A DNA stretch of 41,795 bases from a bacterium. GTDB taxonomy: Bacteria > JADJOY01. A program made the position numbers and the translations under genes. Position 1 is the first letter of the stretch. Every line of letters starts with the position of its first letter. Positions 26,240 through 35,741 of the stretch are shown piece after piece. Where the stretch lies: assembly GCA_046331705.1 (NCBI GenBank), contig JAXLQJ010000061.1:1-41795 (forward strand). The letters are read 5' to 3'. Under the pieces are notes generated by a model. That model did no database searches and was not told the DNA's origin. It saw only the letters and a list, made by a program, of their open reading frames with translations.

Positions 26240-27301
26240 ATGAAGCTCGGAGCAGCCGCGCGCGTGCGCATCGCCCTCGCTCGTCCGCTGGTGCGCGTGG
26301 GGCTCGGCAATCGCGCGCTGCGCAGGTGGCTCGCCCGACGGCGACGCGACGACGTCCGTGGGCGCGGACTCGACGAGCACACCGCCGCCGTGCTCGGCCT
26401 CGACGACGTCGACGGCGGCTCGCGGATCTGGCGCCAGACTCCGGCGGTGGCGCGCGCCAGGCTCCTCGAATCGCTGGCGATCGTCGACGAAGCGCCGCAC
26501 GCGGCCGTCGCCGTCCGCGACCTCGCCCTGCCCGGGCCAGCGGGCCCGATCGCCGCGCGACTCTACGAAGCACCCGGGCTCGAACGCCCGGCGCCAGGGC
26601 TCGTGTACCTGCACGGCGGTGGCCACACCCTCGGCGACCTCGACAGCCACGACGCGCTCTGCCGTCGCTTGGCGGTCGAGGGTCGCCTGCGGGTGGTGTC
26701 GGTGGACATGCGGCTCGCTCCCGAGCACCCGTTCCCCGCTCCCCTCGACGATTCGCTCGCGGCGTTTCGCGCGGTGGCCGCGCGCACCGGTGAGCTGGGC
26801 ATCGACCCCGCGCGCCTGGGCATCGGCGGCGACAGCGCAGGCGGAAATCTCGCCGCCGTGGTCGCCCTCGAGACCCGCCGCGACCCGACACCCCCCGCGC
26901 TCCAGTTGCTCCTCTATCCGGTGGTCGACTTCACGTTCTCGCACCCGTCGCACACCGCGCTCGCCAACGGCTACTACCTCACGCGGCGCGCGATCGATTG
27001 GTACGCCGGCCACTACCTCGGAGGACGCGACGAGCTTCGCACCGACCCACGCGTCTCGCCGCTCGTCGCACCCGACCTGGCGGGCGCGGCGCCCGCGTAC
27101 GTGGTGGTCGCCGGCTTCGATCCCCTGCGCGACGAGGCCGTCGCCTACGCGGACCGCCTCGCCGCCGCCGGCGTGCGGGTGGAGCTCGTGGTCGAGGCGA
27201 ATCTGATCCACGGGTTCGCGCTCATGACGGCTGCCGTTCCCGCGGCCCGCGCCGCGACCTCCCGCTTCATTCGACGCGGCGCCGAGCTGCTGCGCGCCTG
27301 A
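26240..27301 (+). CDS. HSL-family alpha/beta hydrolase (esterase/lipase)
   Basis: YLHGGG, RLAPEHPFPA, GDSAGG, FDPLRDE, IHGF. Start ATG 26240. Confidence 0.93.
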   Translation: MKLGAAARVRIALARPLVRVGLGNRALRRWLARRRRDDVRGRGLDEHTAAVLGLDDVDGGSRIWRQTPAVARARLLESLAIVDEAPHAAVAVRDLALPGPAGPIAARLYEAPGLERPAPGLVYLHGGGHTLGDLDSHDALCRRLAVEGRLRVVSVDMRLAPEHPFPAPLDDSLAAFRAVAARTGELGIDPARLGIGGDSAGGNLAAVVALETRRDPTPPALQLLLYPVVDFTFSHPSHTALANGYYLTRRAIDWYAGHYLGGRDELRTDPRVSPLVAPDLAGAAPAYVVVAGFDPLRDEAVAYADRLAAAGVRVELVVEANLIHGFALMTAAVPAARAATSRFIRRGAELLRA

Positions 27302-27344
27302 ACGGCGCGAGCGGCGGCAGCGCCCGCGCCGCAAGCGGACGCGG

Positions 27345-28607
27345 TCAGCGGGCCCGCGCCGTCACCGGCAGGCTCGTCAGCCGACGCACGAAGAAGCTCG
27401 GCACGTGGCTCGGCGGCGCCGACCACGCGCTCTCGAGCCACGCGGTTCGCGCCAGCGCGACCTCCAGCGCGATCTGCGCCTGCCGGCGCGCCAGCGTCGC
27501 GCCGATGCAGTGATGGATCCCGACGCCGAACGCGAGGTGGTTGCGCAGATTCGGGCGATCGAGATCGACCGCATCCGGGTTCGGGAAGACGCTCGCGTCG
27601 CGATTGGCGGCGGCCCACAGCAACATGAGCCGCGTACCCGCGGCGATGGCCTGGCCGCCGAGCACGGTGTCGCGCCGGGCGACGCGGAAATGGCCTTGAA
27701 ACGGCGATTCCAGGCGCAGCGTCTCCTCCACGAACGCGGGGATCCGCTCCGGCCGCGCGCGTAGCTCCGTTTGCAGCGCCGCGTCCTCGACCATGAGCCG
27801 CAGCGCGCTCGCGATCAGGCTGGTGGTGGAGTCGTTCCCGGCAACGAAGAGCTGGAACACGATCGAGAGGACCTCGTCCTCGCTCAACTGCTCGGGTCCG
27901 TCACCGACCATGCGCCCGAGCTCGCCGACCAGATCGGCGCGGTCGGCGCGGCGCGCCGCTGCGCAGTGGGCGCGCAAGTAGTCGGCGAGCTCGATCGCCT
28001 GCATCGCCGCGGCCGCGAAGCCGTCCGCGTCCAGCAGACCGTTCACGGTCGCCACCGTCGCGTCGGACCACGCGCGCAGCCGCTCGAGATCGTCCGCGGG
28101 CAGGCCGAGCAGCTTCACGATCGTGCCCATCGGGAGCGCCACCGCGAGCGCCGGGAGCCAATCCGTCGCTGCCGACGCCGACGCCGCGTCCACCAGGCGC
28201 TCGGCGCGCGCGCGCACGTCGGCCTCCAGCGCCGCGACGCGTTCCACGGAAAACGCCTGGTTGGCGAGACGGCGCTGAGCGCCGTGGCGCGGCGGGTCCA
28301 CGGTGGCGAGCACGTCGACGATCGGGTTCATCCCCGTGAGGTCCAGCAAGGTGGGCAGCGAATCCGCGTGCGCGGTGAGGACCGCGACGATGTTCGAGGA
28401 GTAGTCCTCCACGGCGAGCGCCGTCTCGCGCACCAGCGCGTAGGGCGCCACCACGCGATAACCGGCACGCGCGAGCTCGAAGATCGGCGCCTCGCGGCGC
28501 AGCCAGTCGTAGAACGCGAACGGGCTCTCGACGGTCTCGGGAGCGTAGGGGTCGATCGGCGGTTCGGGGCTCGCGGTCGAAGCGGCCTGCTCGGCGGCGG
28601 TGGGCAT
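27345..28607 (-). CDS. Cytochrome P450
   Basis: DPPRH, I-helix AGNDSTT, ETLR, AANRD, heme motif FGVGIHHCIG. AAGGGAG RBS before ATG 28607. Confidence 0.95.
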   Translation of the reverse strand: MPTAAEQAASTASPEPPIDPYAPETVESPFAFYDWLRREAPIFELARAGYRVVAPYALVRETALAVEDYSSNIVAVLTAHADSLPTLLDLTGMNPIVDVLATVDPPRHGAQRRLANQAFSVERVAALEADVRARAERLVDAASASAATDWLPALAVALPMGTIVKLLGLPADDLERLRAWSDATVATVNGLLDADGFAAAAMQAIELADYLRAHCAAARRADRADLVGELGRMVGDGPEQLSEDEVLSIVFQLFVAGNDSTTSLIASALRLMVEDAALQTELRARPERIPAFVEETLRLESPFQGHFRVARRDTVLGGQAIAAGTRLMLLWAAANRDASVFPNPDAVDLDRPNLRNHLAFGVGIHHCIGATLARRQAQIALEVALARTAWLESAWSAPPSHVPSFFVRRLTSLPVTARAR

Positions 28608-28638
28608 CGTGAACGCTCCCTTGTTGCGGTCCGAATCC

Positions 28639-28660
28639 TTACTTACAGTACTGTAAGTAA
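28639..28660. promoter_or_regulatory. TetR operator (perfect 22-bp palindrome)
   Basis: TTACTTACAGT|ACTGTAAGTAA between the divergent P450 and TetR genes; its last base is the A of the TetR ATG. Confidence 0.88.
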
Positions 28661-29382
28661 TGACTCGCTCACGGTCAACGCACGGGACGCGCTCGGGCGG
28701 GACGCGACGACCGGCGAGCGCGCCGGCTCGGCGCAGTCGGCGCGCAGCGGACGCCGCTCGCGAACGAATCCTCGCCGAGGCCGAGCGAGCGCTCGTCGCC
28801 TCCGGCCCCGAGGGCGTGCGGGTGGCCGAGCTGGCCCGCAAGCTCGGGATCACCCATCCCGCCATCCTCCATCACTTCGGCACGCGCGAAGCGCTGCTCG
28901 AATCCGTCGTGGCGCGCGCGCTCGAGCGACGCTACGCCGAGGTGGTGACTCGCCTGTCCGCGGGCGACGACGCCCTCGGCACCGCTCGCGGGCTCCTCGA
29001 GGCCGCGTCACGCGCGTTCGCGCGCGAGGGCACGAGCCGTCTCGTGGCCTGGCTGGCGCTCGGCTCCGACCCGGACCGAGCGCTCGGCCCGCCGCGCTCG
29101 CTCGCCCCCGTCGCGGAAGCCGTGGACGCGGTGCGCGGTGTCGCCGGCGCGGGTCGCCGCGGTCGTTCGAGCGAGGCGAGCCTCTTCGCGGTCCATCTCG
29201 GCGCGCTCTTGCTGCTGGGAGAGCCGGTTCTCGGCCCCGCCATCTGGACCGCCCAAGGACGGCGCTGCACGCCCGCGCGCGAGCGCGCCTTTCACGACTG
29301 GTTCACGCAGCTCTTGAGCAACGCGCTGCTCGAGACCGCGCCGGACGCGCGCCGTCCCGCCGTACGCCCCCGCCGGCGGTGA
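28660..29382 (+). CDS. TetR/AcrR-family regulator
   Basis: RERILAEAE..GPEGVRVAELARKLGITHPAILHHFGTREALL HTH. Confidence 0.92.
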   Translation: MTRSRSTHGTRSGGTRRPASAPARRSRRAADAARERILAEAERALVASGPEGVRVAELARKLGITHPAILHHFGTREALLESVVARALERRYAEVVTRLSAGDDALGTARGLLEAASRAFAREGTSRLVAWLALGSDPDRALGPPRSLAPVAEAVDAVRGVAGAGRRGRSSEASLFAVHLGALLLLGEPVLGPAIWTAQGRRCTPARERAFHDWFTQLLSNALLETAPDARRPAVRPRRR

Positions 29383-29494
29383 GCGAGCGCGCGGTTCGCC
29401 GCTTCCGTCGCTTCGACGAACGGCGCGCGCGCCGTTACATCTGCGCTGTCCCACCGCTGTGCCGTTCTCCGGTGGCGACCCGAGCGATCACACC

Positions 29495-30520
29495 GTGCCA
29501 CGCAAGATCGCCGCCGCCAGCCTGGCCTTCGTGGCCTCCACGGTGACGGCGCTCGCGCTCGGCGAGACGGCCCTGCGCTTGGTGCCTCGCCGGGCGAGCC
29601 CCGTGTTCGATCGTCCGACCCACCTCGTCGGACCGGCGCGCAACGACGTCGTGCGGCACGTCGAGCCCATCCCGCCCAAGGCGAACCGGACGTACCGGAT
29701 CTTCGTGCTCGGTGACTCGTTCACCTGGGGCACGAACGTCATGGCGGACGCGACCTATCCCGCCCATCTGAGCTGGGTGCTCAATCGAACCTCGACTCGT
29801 CCCTTCGAGGTGTTCAACTACGGCGTTTCGGGATCGTGCACGGCCGATCAGCTGACCCTCTTCGAGAGCCTCGCCGGGCACGAGCCGGACATGGTCGTGA
29901 TCGGGTACTTCCTGAACGATCCGGACCCGGGGCGGCGCACCCCCAAGCGCGTGGCGGCGCTGATGCGACGATTGGAGCAGCCACCGCGCTGGGAATCCTG
30001 GTTGCGGAGCCATTCGGAGCTGGCCCGGGCGATCCTCTTCCGTGTGTGGTCGGCGCGGCTCGTCGACGAGCAGATCCGCTACTTCCGCGCGATCCATCGG
30101 CCCGAGGGCGACGTCTGGCAACGTCACGCGCGCGAGCTCGAGTACCTGCCGGCGCTGGCACGCTCGGGCGGCGCCGAGGTGCGGGTGGTGATCTGGCCCC
30201 ATCTCGGCTTCCCGCTGGATCGGAACTATCCGTTCCAGGACATCCACGAGCAGCTGGCCAGCACCTTCGACTCGCTCGGAGTGCAGTACCTGGACTTGCT
30301 CGACACCTTCCGCGGCGTGCCTCACGAGCGACTCGAGGCGGTGCCCCAGCTCGACCCACACCCCAACGAGATCGCCCACCGCATGGCTGCCGACGCGATC
30401 TTCGCGTGGTTGCGGGATACGACGCCGCTGGTCGACCGGGCGATCGTTCCGGGTCGCCTCGTGGTCAACCAGCCCGTGCCCTCGGTGCGGATGCGGCTCG
30501 CGCCGCTGGACGTCCGCTGA
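29495..30520 (+). CDS. Membrane-anchored SGNH/GDSL hydrolase
   Basis: Blocks LGDSFTWG, NYGVSG, YFLND, DPHPN; N-terminal hydrophobic anchor. Start GTG 29495 or 29459. Confidence 0.85.
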   Translation: MPRKIAAASLAFVASTVTALALGETALRLVPRRASPVFDRPTHLVGPARNDVVRHVEPIPPKANRTYRIFVLGDSFTWGTNVMADATYPAHLSWVLNRTSTRPFEVFNYGVSGSCTADQLTLFESLAGHEPDMVVIGYFLNDPDPGRRTPKRVAALMRRLEQPPRWESWLRSHSELARAILFRVWSARLVDEQIRYFRAIHRPEGDVWQRHARELEYLPALARSGGAEVRVVIWPHLGFPLDRNYPFQDIHEQLASTFDSLGVQYLDLLDTFRGVPHERLEAVPQLDPHPNEIAHRMAADAIFAWLRDTTPLVDRAIVPGRLVVNQPVPSVRMRLAPLDVR

Positions 30521-30653
30521 TCGCTCGGGCCCGTCGCAGCGCACCCGGATCACGATCGTCATCGACGCCGTTGCAGCGGCGCTCGGCCTCGCCCCGCTCC
30601 ACGCTCGGGCCGCCGTCACCGGACTCCGCGCGCCCCGCCGATCGTCGCGTTGC

Positions 30654-31352
30654 TCAGCGCGCGCGCCGCGCGACGCGTGGCCCGCTCCGCGACCGCCGCA
30701 CCCGCCGTGGCTCGCCGGCGAGCTCGCGCCACACACCGGCCACCAGCAGCCGCACCAGGACGCGAAAGCGCTCGACCTCGGCAGGCGCCAGGGAACCGCG
30801 CTCGGCGAGCTGGAACATGAGCTGCTCCACCGCCAGCAGCACGGCACGCACCAACAGCGTATCGATCTCCAGGTGGAGATCGTCGCGCACCCACCGAGCG
30901 ATGTCCTCGACCATCGCCTCCAGCACCTCCGCGCGGTAGGGCGCGAACTCGCTCTCCGGACGAATCGTCTCGCGATAGAGCGCACGCAGCGCTGCACCGC
31001 CGTGCGCCACGAGCTCGAGCGCTCCCGTGAGCGCCCGGTCGGCGACCTCGACGGGATCGCCGCCGCGCTTGTCGAGCGCCGCGATGGCGCCCAGGAAGAG
31101 CGCGTTGCCGTCCCGGAAGATCTGGTGGAAGAGCGCCTGCTTGCTGGGGAAGCAACGGTAGAACGTCTGTCGCGACACGCCGGCTTCGCCGAGCACGTCC
31201 TCGACGCTCACCTGCTCGTAGAGCTTGGTCTCGAGCACTTTCAGCGCCGCGACCAGGAGCGCGACGCGCTGCCCGTCCACGCCAACACGGCGGTGAGCGC
31301 GGCGGCGGGCGGAGCGGCGCGGCGACTTCGGCTCTGGCTTGGGGCGTGGCAT
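30654..31352 (-). CDS. TetR/AcrR-family regulator
   Basis: LLVAALKVL..YEQVSVEDVLGEAGVSRQTFYRCFPSKQAL HTH. ATG 31352 chosen because longer starts run through the operators. Confidence 0.9.
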   Translation of the reverse strand: MPRPKPEPKSPRRSARRRAHRRVGVDGQRVALLVAALKVLETKLYEQVSVEDVLGEAGVSRQTFYRCFPSKQALFHQIFRDGNALFLGAIAALDKRGGDPVEVADRALTGALELVAHGGAALRALYRETIRPESEFAPYRAEVLEAMVEDIARWVRDDLHLEIDTLLVRAVLLAVEQLMFQLAERGSLAPAEVERFRVLVRLLVAGVWRELAGEPRRVRRSRSGPRVARRAR

Positions 31353-31387
31353 GCGCGGCTCCGCACGGCGTTCGCGGGGGTTGCGCG

Positions 31388-31439
31388 AATCATACATCGT
31401 AGTATGATTAGATCGAATCATACATTAATGTATGATTCG
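31388..31439. promoter_or_regulatory. Tandem TetR operators
   Basis: AATCATAC-ATCGTA-GTATGATT (31388-31409) and the perfect 26-bp CGAATCATACATT|AATGTATGATTCG (31414-31439), 28-bp period. Confidence 0.9.
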
Positions 31440-31461
31440 GCACGTCGAGAGGAGGCCACCG

Positions 31462-32310
31462 ATGAGCACCGCCGATGACCGTCTCGCAGCCGCGTCCGCC
31501 CCGCGTGAGACCACCTCCGCGGACTCGCTGGCGGATCGCCTGCCGGCGCTCGGCGCCGATTGGTCGCTCGCGCGGACGCGCGAGCTGCTGCGTCAGCGCC
31601 GCTGGACCTGGGCTCGCGCCGAGATCCTGATCGCGGAGGTCGCGGTGGACCGCGTCGTGTCGCGCGCGTGGCTACCGCCTGCGCTCGCGCTGCCGGCGGC
31701 GCCTGCGCGCGCCACCGTGTTCGTCGCCCACTACCCCGACACCGCGATGGGCTTCGCGTACCGGGAGGCGGGCGTGCTGTTGCACGCGACGCTGCGGCGC
31801 AAGCCGGTGCTGCATTGCGCGTGGATGGTCGTCGACGACGACACCGCGCTGATCCTCGGCCGCGAGCTGCTCGGCTTTCCCAAGAAGCTGGCCTGGATCG
31901 AGCTCGAGACCCGCGAACGGCGCCCGCGCGGCGCCGTCGAGCGGCGCGGCGCGCGGGTGCTCGCGATGGACGCGCTCTGCGCACCGGCGACGGCGGCGCC
32001 GCGCGCGGCGTTCCCGTTCCCGATCGTCAACCTCCGCGGCATCCCCGGCGTGCTGCCGCAGTGGCTGATCGCGATGCGACCCAACGAGCGTTGTCACGGG
32101 TGCGAGGCGGTCACGTTCCGCATCACCAGCGAGGCGAGCGCTTGCGACCCGCTCGCGACCCTCGGTCTCGCCGGTGACCACGCCGGCCACCGGCTGATCG
32201 TCGACCTCGGGCACCCGGACGCTCCCGGCGCCTCGCGCGTGCCCGCGGTGCCGACGTCGTGGCTCGGACCCACTTGGCTCTGGAAGGCCTACCCGTTCCG
32301 CGCTTGGTGA
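31462..32310 (+). CDS. Acetoacetate decarboxylase-like superfamily protein
   Basis: WLPPAL, YPDT..GFAYREAG, MVVDDD.ALILGRELLGFPKK, DPL. AGGAGG RBS. Confidence 0.85.
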   Translation: MSTADDRLAAASAPRETTSADSLADRLPALGADWSLARTRELLRQRRWTWARAEILIAEVAVDRVVSRAWLPPALALPAAPARATVFVAHYPDTAMGFAYREAGVLLHATLRRKPVLHCAWMVVDDDTALILGRELLGFPKKLAWIELETRERRPRGAVERRGARVLAMDALCAPATAAPRAAFPFPIVNLRGIPGVLPQWLIAMRPNERCHGCEAVTFRITSEASACDPLATLGLAGDHAGHRLIVDLGHPDAPGASRVPAVPTSWLGPTWLWKAYPFRAW

Positions 32311-32349
32311 CGCGTGTTCCACGCGCGCGCCCCTCGAGGAGCATCCCCG

Positions 32350-33069
32350 ATGCCTGACGACCGGACCTTCGAGCGACTACGCGAAGTCGTCGACGAGCTC
32401 GCCCGCAACGGCGAGATCTCGTCGCCACCCATCGTCCCGCGCCTCGCGCACGTGGTGCTCAACGTCCCCGACGTCGACGCGGCGCTCACGTTCTACGTCG
32501 GTTTCCTGGGCTACACGGTCACCGCCGTCGACCGGCAGCTCGGCGTGCATTTCCTCTCGGCGGGCGACGATCACCACACCATCGCCCTCGGCGAATGCCT
32601 GCCGCGCGGACCGCGCGCGCTGTGGCGCTGGCCACGCCTGGCGCCGCGACTCGCGCGGTTGCTGCGCGTCCGCTTCTCCGACGAACGCTCCGCGACCGGC
32701 AAGCGGCGCGTGCGACCGACGCTCGGCGCCGTCCGCATGGCGCTCAGGCCCGGGCTTCAGCACATCGGCTTGCGCGTGGCGAGCGAGGCCGAGCTGAGGC
32801 GCCTCTACGACACGCTGCGAGCGCGCGGCATCCGCGTTCAGTGGGCGGTGAACCACGGCGACATGATCAAGGGTCTCTACGTCCACGACGGCAACGGCAA
32901 CATGGTCGAGCTCTTCGTGGACGGGCCCCGCGGGCGCACCGTGCTCGATCTCGCCCGACGGGCGGGCGGATTCCACGCCTTTCAGCGCGTCGTCGCCCGC
33001 GTGGGCGCGCCCGACGAGCTGGCGAGCTTCGACCTCGATCCCGAGACCGAGCTCGCGCGAGGCTCGTGA
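32350..33069 (+). CDS. VOC-family protein (glyoxalase / extradiol dioxygenase-like) with internal insertion
   Basis: LAHVVLNV, FY..FLG, DHHTIAL, GLQHIGL, HG....LYVHDGNGNMVEL. GAGGAG RBS before ATG 32350. Confidence 0.82.
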   Translation: MPDDRTFERLREVVDELARNGEISSPPIVPRLAHVVLNVPDVDAALTFYVGFLGYTVTAVDRQLGVHFLSAGDDHHTIALGECLPRGPRALWRWPRLAPRLARLLRVRFSDERSATGKRRVRPTLGAVRMALRPGLQHIGLRVASEAELRRLYDTLRARGIRVQWAVNHGDMIKGLYVHDGNGNMVELFVDGPRGRTVLDLARRAGGFHAFQRVVARVGAPDELASFDLDPETELARGS

Positions 33070-34118
33070 TGCCCGGATACGAAGAATTCACCGTCCCCTA
33101 CGCGCGCGTCGCGGACCGGACACTCGCGTTGCGCATCACGCGCCCCACCGGGCTCGGCGCGGGCCCTTTCCCGGTGCTGCTCGATTTCCACGGCGGCGCC
33201 TGGACCCATTTCGACCCGCGCGTGGACCTGGCGTGGTGTCGCGAGCTGGCGCGCGCCGGCGTGCTCAGCGCCTCGGTGGAGTTCCGGCTCGCGCCCGAGC
33301 ACCCGTGGCCGGCGTTCCTCGCCGACGCCCGCGCCGCGCTGCGTTGGGTCACGGCGCACGGCGCAGCGCTGGGCGCCGATCCCGCGCGGATGGGCACCAT
33401 CGGCGGCTCGACAGGCGGGTTCCTCGCGGTCCTCCTCGCGCTCTGCCCGCGGACCGAGGGCGAGACGCCGACGCCCGCCCTCGACACTCCCGACACGCTC
33501 GCGCCGGCGACGCCACGCGTCGCGATCGGCTTCTACCCGATCCTCGACGTGGTCGGCCGCTACCGGATGGTCCGCGGGGCGCACTTCTCGCCCACCGCGC
33601 GATTCCTGCGCGAACGAATCGGTCCGCCGCGGCGCGGCGCCGGCCGACACCTCGCCGCACCGATCGCGCGGCTCGAGCGCTTGCACGCGCTCAAGACGCG
33701 CCACGGCCGCGTGGGACGAAGCGTGGGCACCGCCGTGAACCGCGCGCTCGCGCTCGCGAGCCGGCTCGACTTCGTACGCCTCGCGGTCTTCGAGGAGCTG
33801 GCGGCGAATCACGAGGGTGCCTTCGCGTCGCTCGCCGCGATGCACGAAGCCTCGCCGCTGGCGCGGGTCGAGGAAGGCCGGTTCCAAGCCAAGCCGGCGA
33901 TCCTGGTGATCCAGGGCCGCGAGGACATCAACCTCACGCCGGCGATGAGTGAGCGCTTCGCGGACGCGTACCGACGCGCGGGCGGCGAGATCACCGTCGC
34001 GATCGAGCCCGGGTTCCCGCACGCGTTCGCGTCGATCCCGAGCGCCCAGTCGGATCGTGCCATCACCCGCACGCTCGCGTTCCTCGACGCCCAGCACCTC
34101 GTCCGGCCTCACGCCTGA
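33069..34118 (+). CDS. Alpha/beta hydrolase (HSL-like) with basic insertion
   Basis: TGATG overlap with the VOC gene. DFHGGAW, FRLAPEHPWP, GGSTGG, QGRED, PHAF. Confidence 0.88.
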   Translation: MPGYEEFTVPYARVADRTLALRITRPTGLGAGPFPVLLDFHGGAWTHFDPRVDLAWCRELARAGVLSASVEFRLAPEHPWPAFLADARAALRWVTAHGAALGADPARMGTIGGSTGGFLAVLLALCPRTEGETPTPALDTPDTLAPATPRVAIGFYPILDVVGRYRMVRGAHFSPTARFLRERIGPPRRGAGRHLAAPIARLERLHALKTRHGRVGRSVGTAVNRALALASRLDFVRLAVFEELAANHEGAFASLAAMHEASPLARVEEGRFQAKPAILVIQGREDINLTPAMSERFADAYRRAGGEITVAIEPGFPHAFASIPSAQSDRAITRTLAFLDAQHLVRPHA

Positions 34119-34148
34119 GCCGCGCAGGAGTCACGAAGGAGCCACGCC

Positions 34149-35048
34149 ATGCCTCGAGCCCATGCCTCGCATCGCCCGGCGCGCCGTGCTCGTCCCGCGG
34201 ACGTCGAGATCACGGTGCGCAAGCCCAGCTTCGACTTCAGCGACGTGCCCGCGTACTGGTTCGGCGGGAGCCCGTGGAAGACCCATTTCGGCACGGCCTT
34301 GATGCTGGTGTTCCCGAGCGGCGAGCGCTTCGTCGTGCAAGGCGTGCGCAGCTTCGAGCCAGCGCTCGCCGATCCGGCGCTGCGTCAGGACGTCGCGCGC
34401 TTCTGCGCCCAAGAGGGATTCCACAGCCGCGAGCACGGCAAGCTGAACCGATTCCTCTTCGAGCAAGGCTTCCCCGGTCTGCGCTGGTTCGAGCGGCTGC
34501 AGTCACGGACCATGAAGCGCATGTCGCGCCATCTGCCCAAGCGCTTCCAGCTGGCGCTGGCGGCCTCCATCGAGCACCTCACCTCGAGCTTCGGCCACCA
34601 GGCGCTCGCCACACGCGACGACCTGGAGCCCATGCACCCGGTGCTGCGCGAGCTTCTGATCTGGCACGCCATCGAAGAGATGGAGCACAAATCCGTGGCC
34701 TTCGACGTCCATCAGGCGACCGGCGGCTGGCATGCGACCCGCGTCGCCGGGCTCCTCCTGATCCTGCCCATGTTGCTCGCGGTGACCTACGCGATCTTCC
34801 TCTACCTGCTCGCCGCGGACGGTCGACTTCTCGACGGCCGCATGTGGAAGCGCGAGCTCCTCGACCGGCTGATCGCCGACGGCAAGCGGGTGCTCGCCGG
34901 CGCGCGCCCACGCGGGCTCTTCGGCGCCCTGCCCTACGACGTGATCGCCTTCTTGAGGCCCTCGTTCCATCCCTGGGACGTCGACGATCGCGCGCTCATC
35001 GCGAACAGCAAGCACTACGATCCGATGGCCGTGCTGCGCGCGAGGTGA
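34149..35048 (+). CDS. Predicted metal-dependent hydrolase family (ferritin-like ExxH dimetal protein)
   Basis: FPSGERF, QEGFHSREH, IEHLT, WHAIEEMEHKSVAFDV, PSFHPW. AAGGAG RBS. Confidence 0.85.
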   Translation: MPRAHASHRPARRARPADVEITVRKPSFDFSDVPAYWFGGSPWKTHFGTALMLVFPSGERFVVQGVRSFEPALADPALRQDVARFCAQEGFHSREHGKLNRFLFEQGFPGLRWFERLQSRTMKRMSRHLPKRFQLALAASIEHLTSSFGHQALATRDDLEPMHPVLRELLIWHAIEEMEHKSVAFDVHQATGGWHATRVAGLLLILPMLLAVTYAIFLYLLAADGRLLDGRMWKRELLDRLIADGKRVLAGARPRGLFGALPYDVIAFLRPSFHPWDVDDRALIANSKHYDPMAVLRAR

Positions 35049-35087
35049 AGGCTCGGGATCGCCGCGGCTCCACGGTGCGCGAGCCGC

Positions 35088-35741
35088 TCAGCGCGCCGCC
35101 TGCGCGGGTCGACGATGGGCCAGCAGACGCTGCAAGCGCAGGTGTTCCTCGCGCTCGCGCTCGTCGAGCGTCCGCCGGATCGCGGCGAGGCGCGCGGTGA
35201 GCGCCGGGGTCACGCGGTACTCGAGGACGTTCACCTGACGCGAGGTGCGCGACACCGCCTCCCCGACCCGACGCAAGAGCGCCTCCCGCCCTGCCGCGTC
35301 GAGCAGCAACTCACCCAGACGCTCGATCTCGGTCGCCGCGGTCGCCGCGGCAGCGCCGAGCGCGGCCGGCGGCGTGCCGCGCGCCGCCAGCGTGCGGCGG
35401 AGCGCGGGACGGCCGACGATCTCGGCGACCGGAATCCCCCACACCCGGCCGTCGCGGATCTCGACGGCGAGCGAGCGTCCCGGCCAGCCGATCGCGCGCA
35501 GCCCTGCACAGCCTTCGTCGGCGAGCGCCGCCGCCAACGCCGGGTACGCGACCGCCGCCTGCTCGGCGATGGCCGTGCGCAGCTCGACCGCCGGCCGCGC
35601 CACCCGGAAGAGCTCGCTCACCAGCGCCTCGCGCTTGCGCCGCAACAGGCCCGACCCCTTGCGCACCCGCTCCAGGCGGCGCGCCGTCTGGACGAGGTTC
35701 TGGCGAGTCGCGGCGCCGGTGCGCGGAGTCGCCGCGCTCAC
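35088..35741 (-). CDS. ntpD: V/A-type ATP synthase subunit D
   Basis: ATRQNL..G..LLRRKREAL, TSRQVNVLEY, LDEREREE. GTGA overlap with subunit B. Confidence 0.9.
   Translation of the reverse strand: MSAATPRTGAATRQNLVQTARRLERVRKGSGLLRRKREALVSELFRVARPAVELRTAIAEQAAVAYPALAAALADEGCAGLRAIGWPGRSLAVEIRDGRVWGIPVAEIVGRPALRRTLAARGTPPAALGAAAATAATEIERLGELLLDAAGREALLRRVGEAVSRTSRQVNVLEYRVTPALTARLAAIRRTLDEREREEHLRLQRLLAHRRPAQAAR

Noticed and set aside
31388-31439. Repeated palindromes as a mini-CRISPR or transposon end
   Set aside because: Only two units with a few bases between them, no spacer-length sequence, no cas or transposase. The position fits TetR operators.
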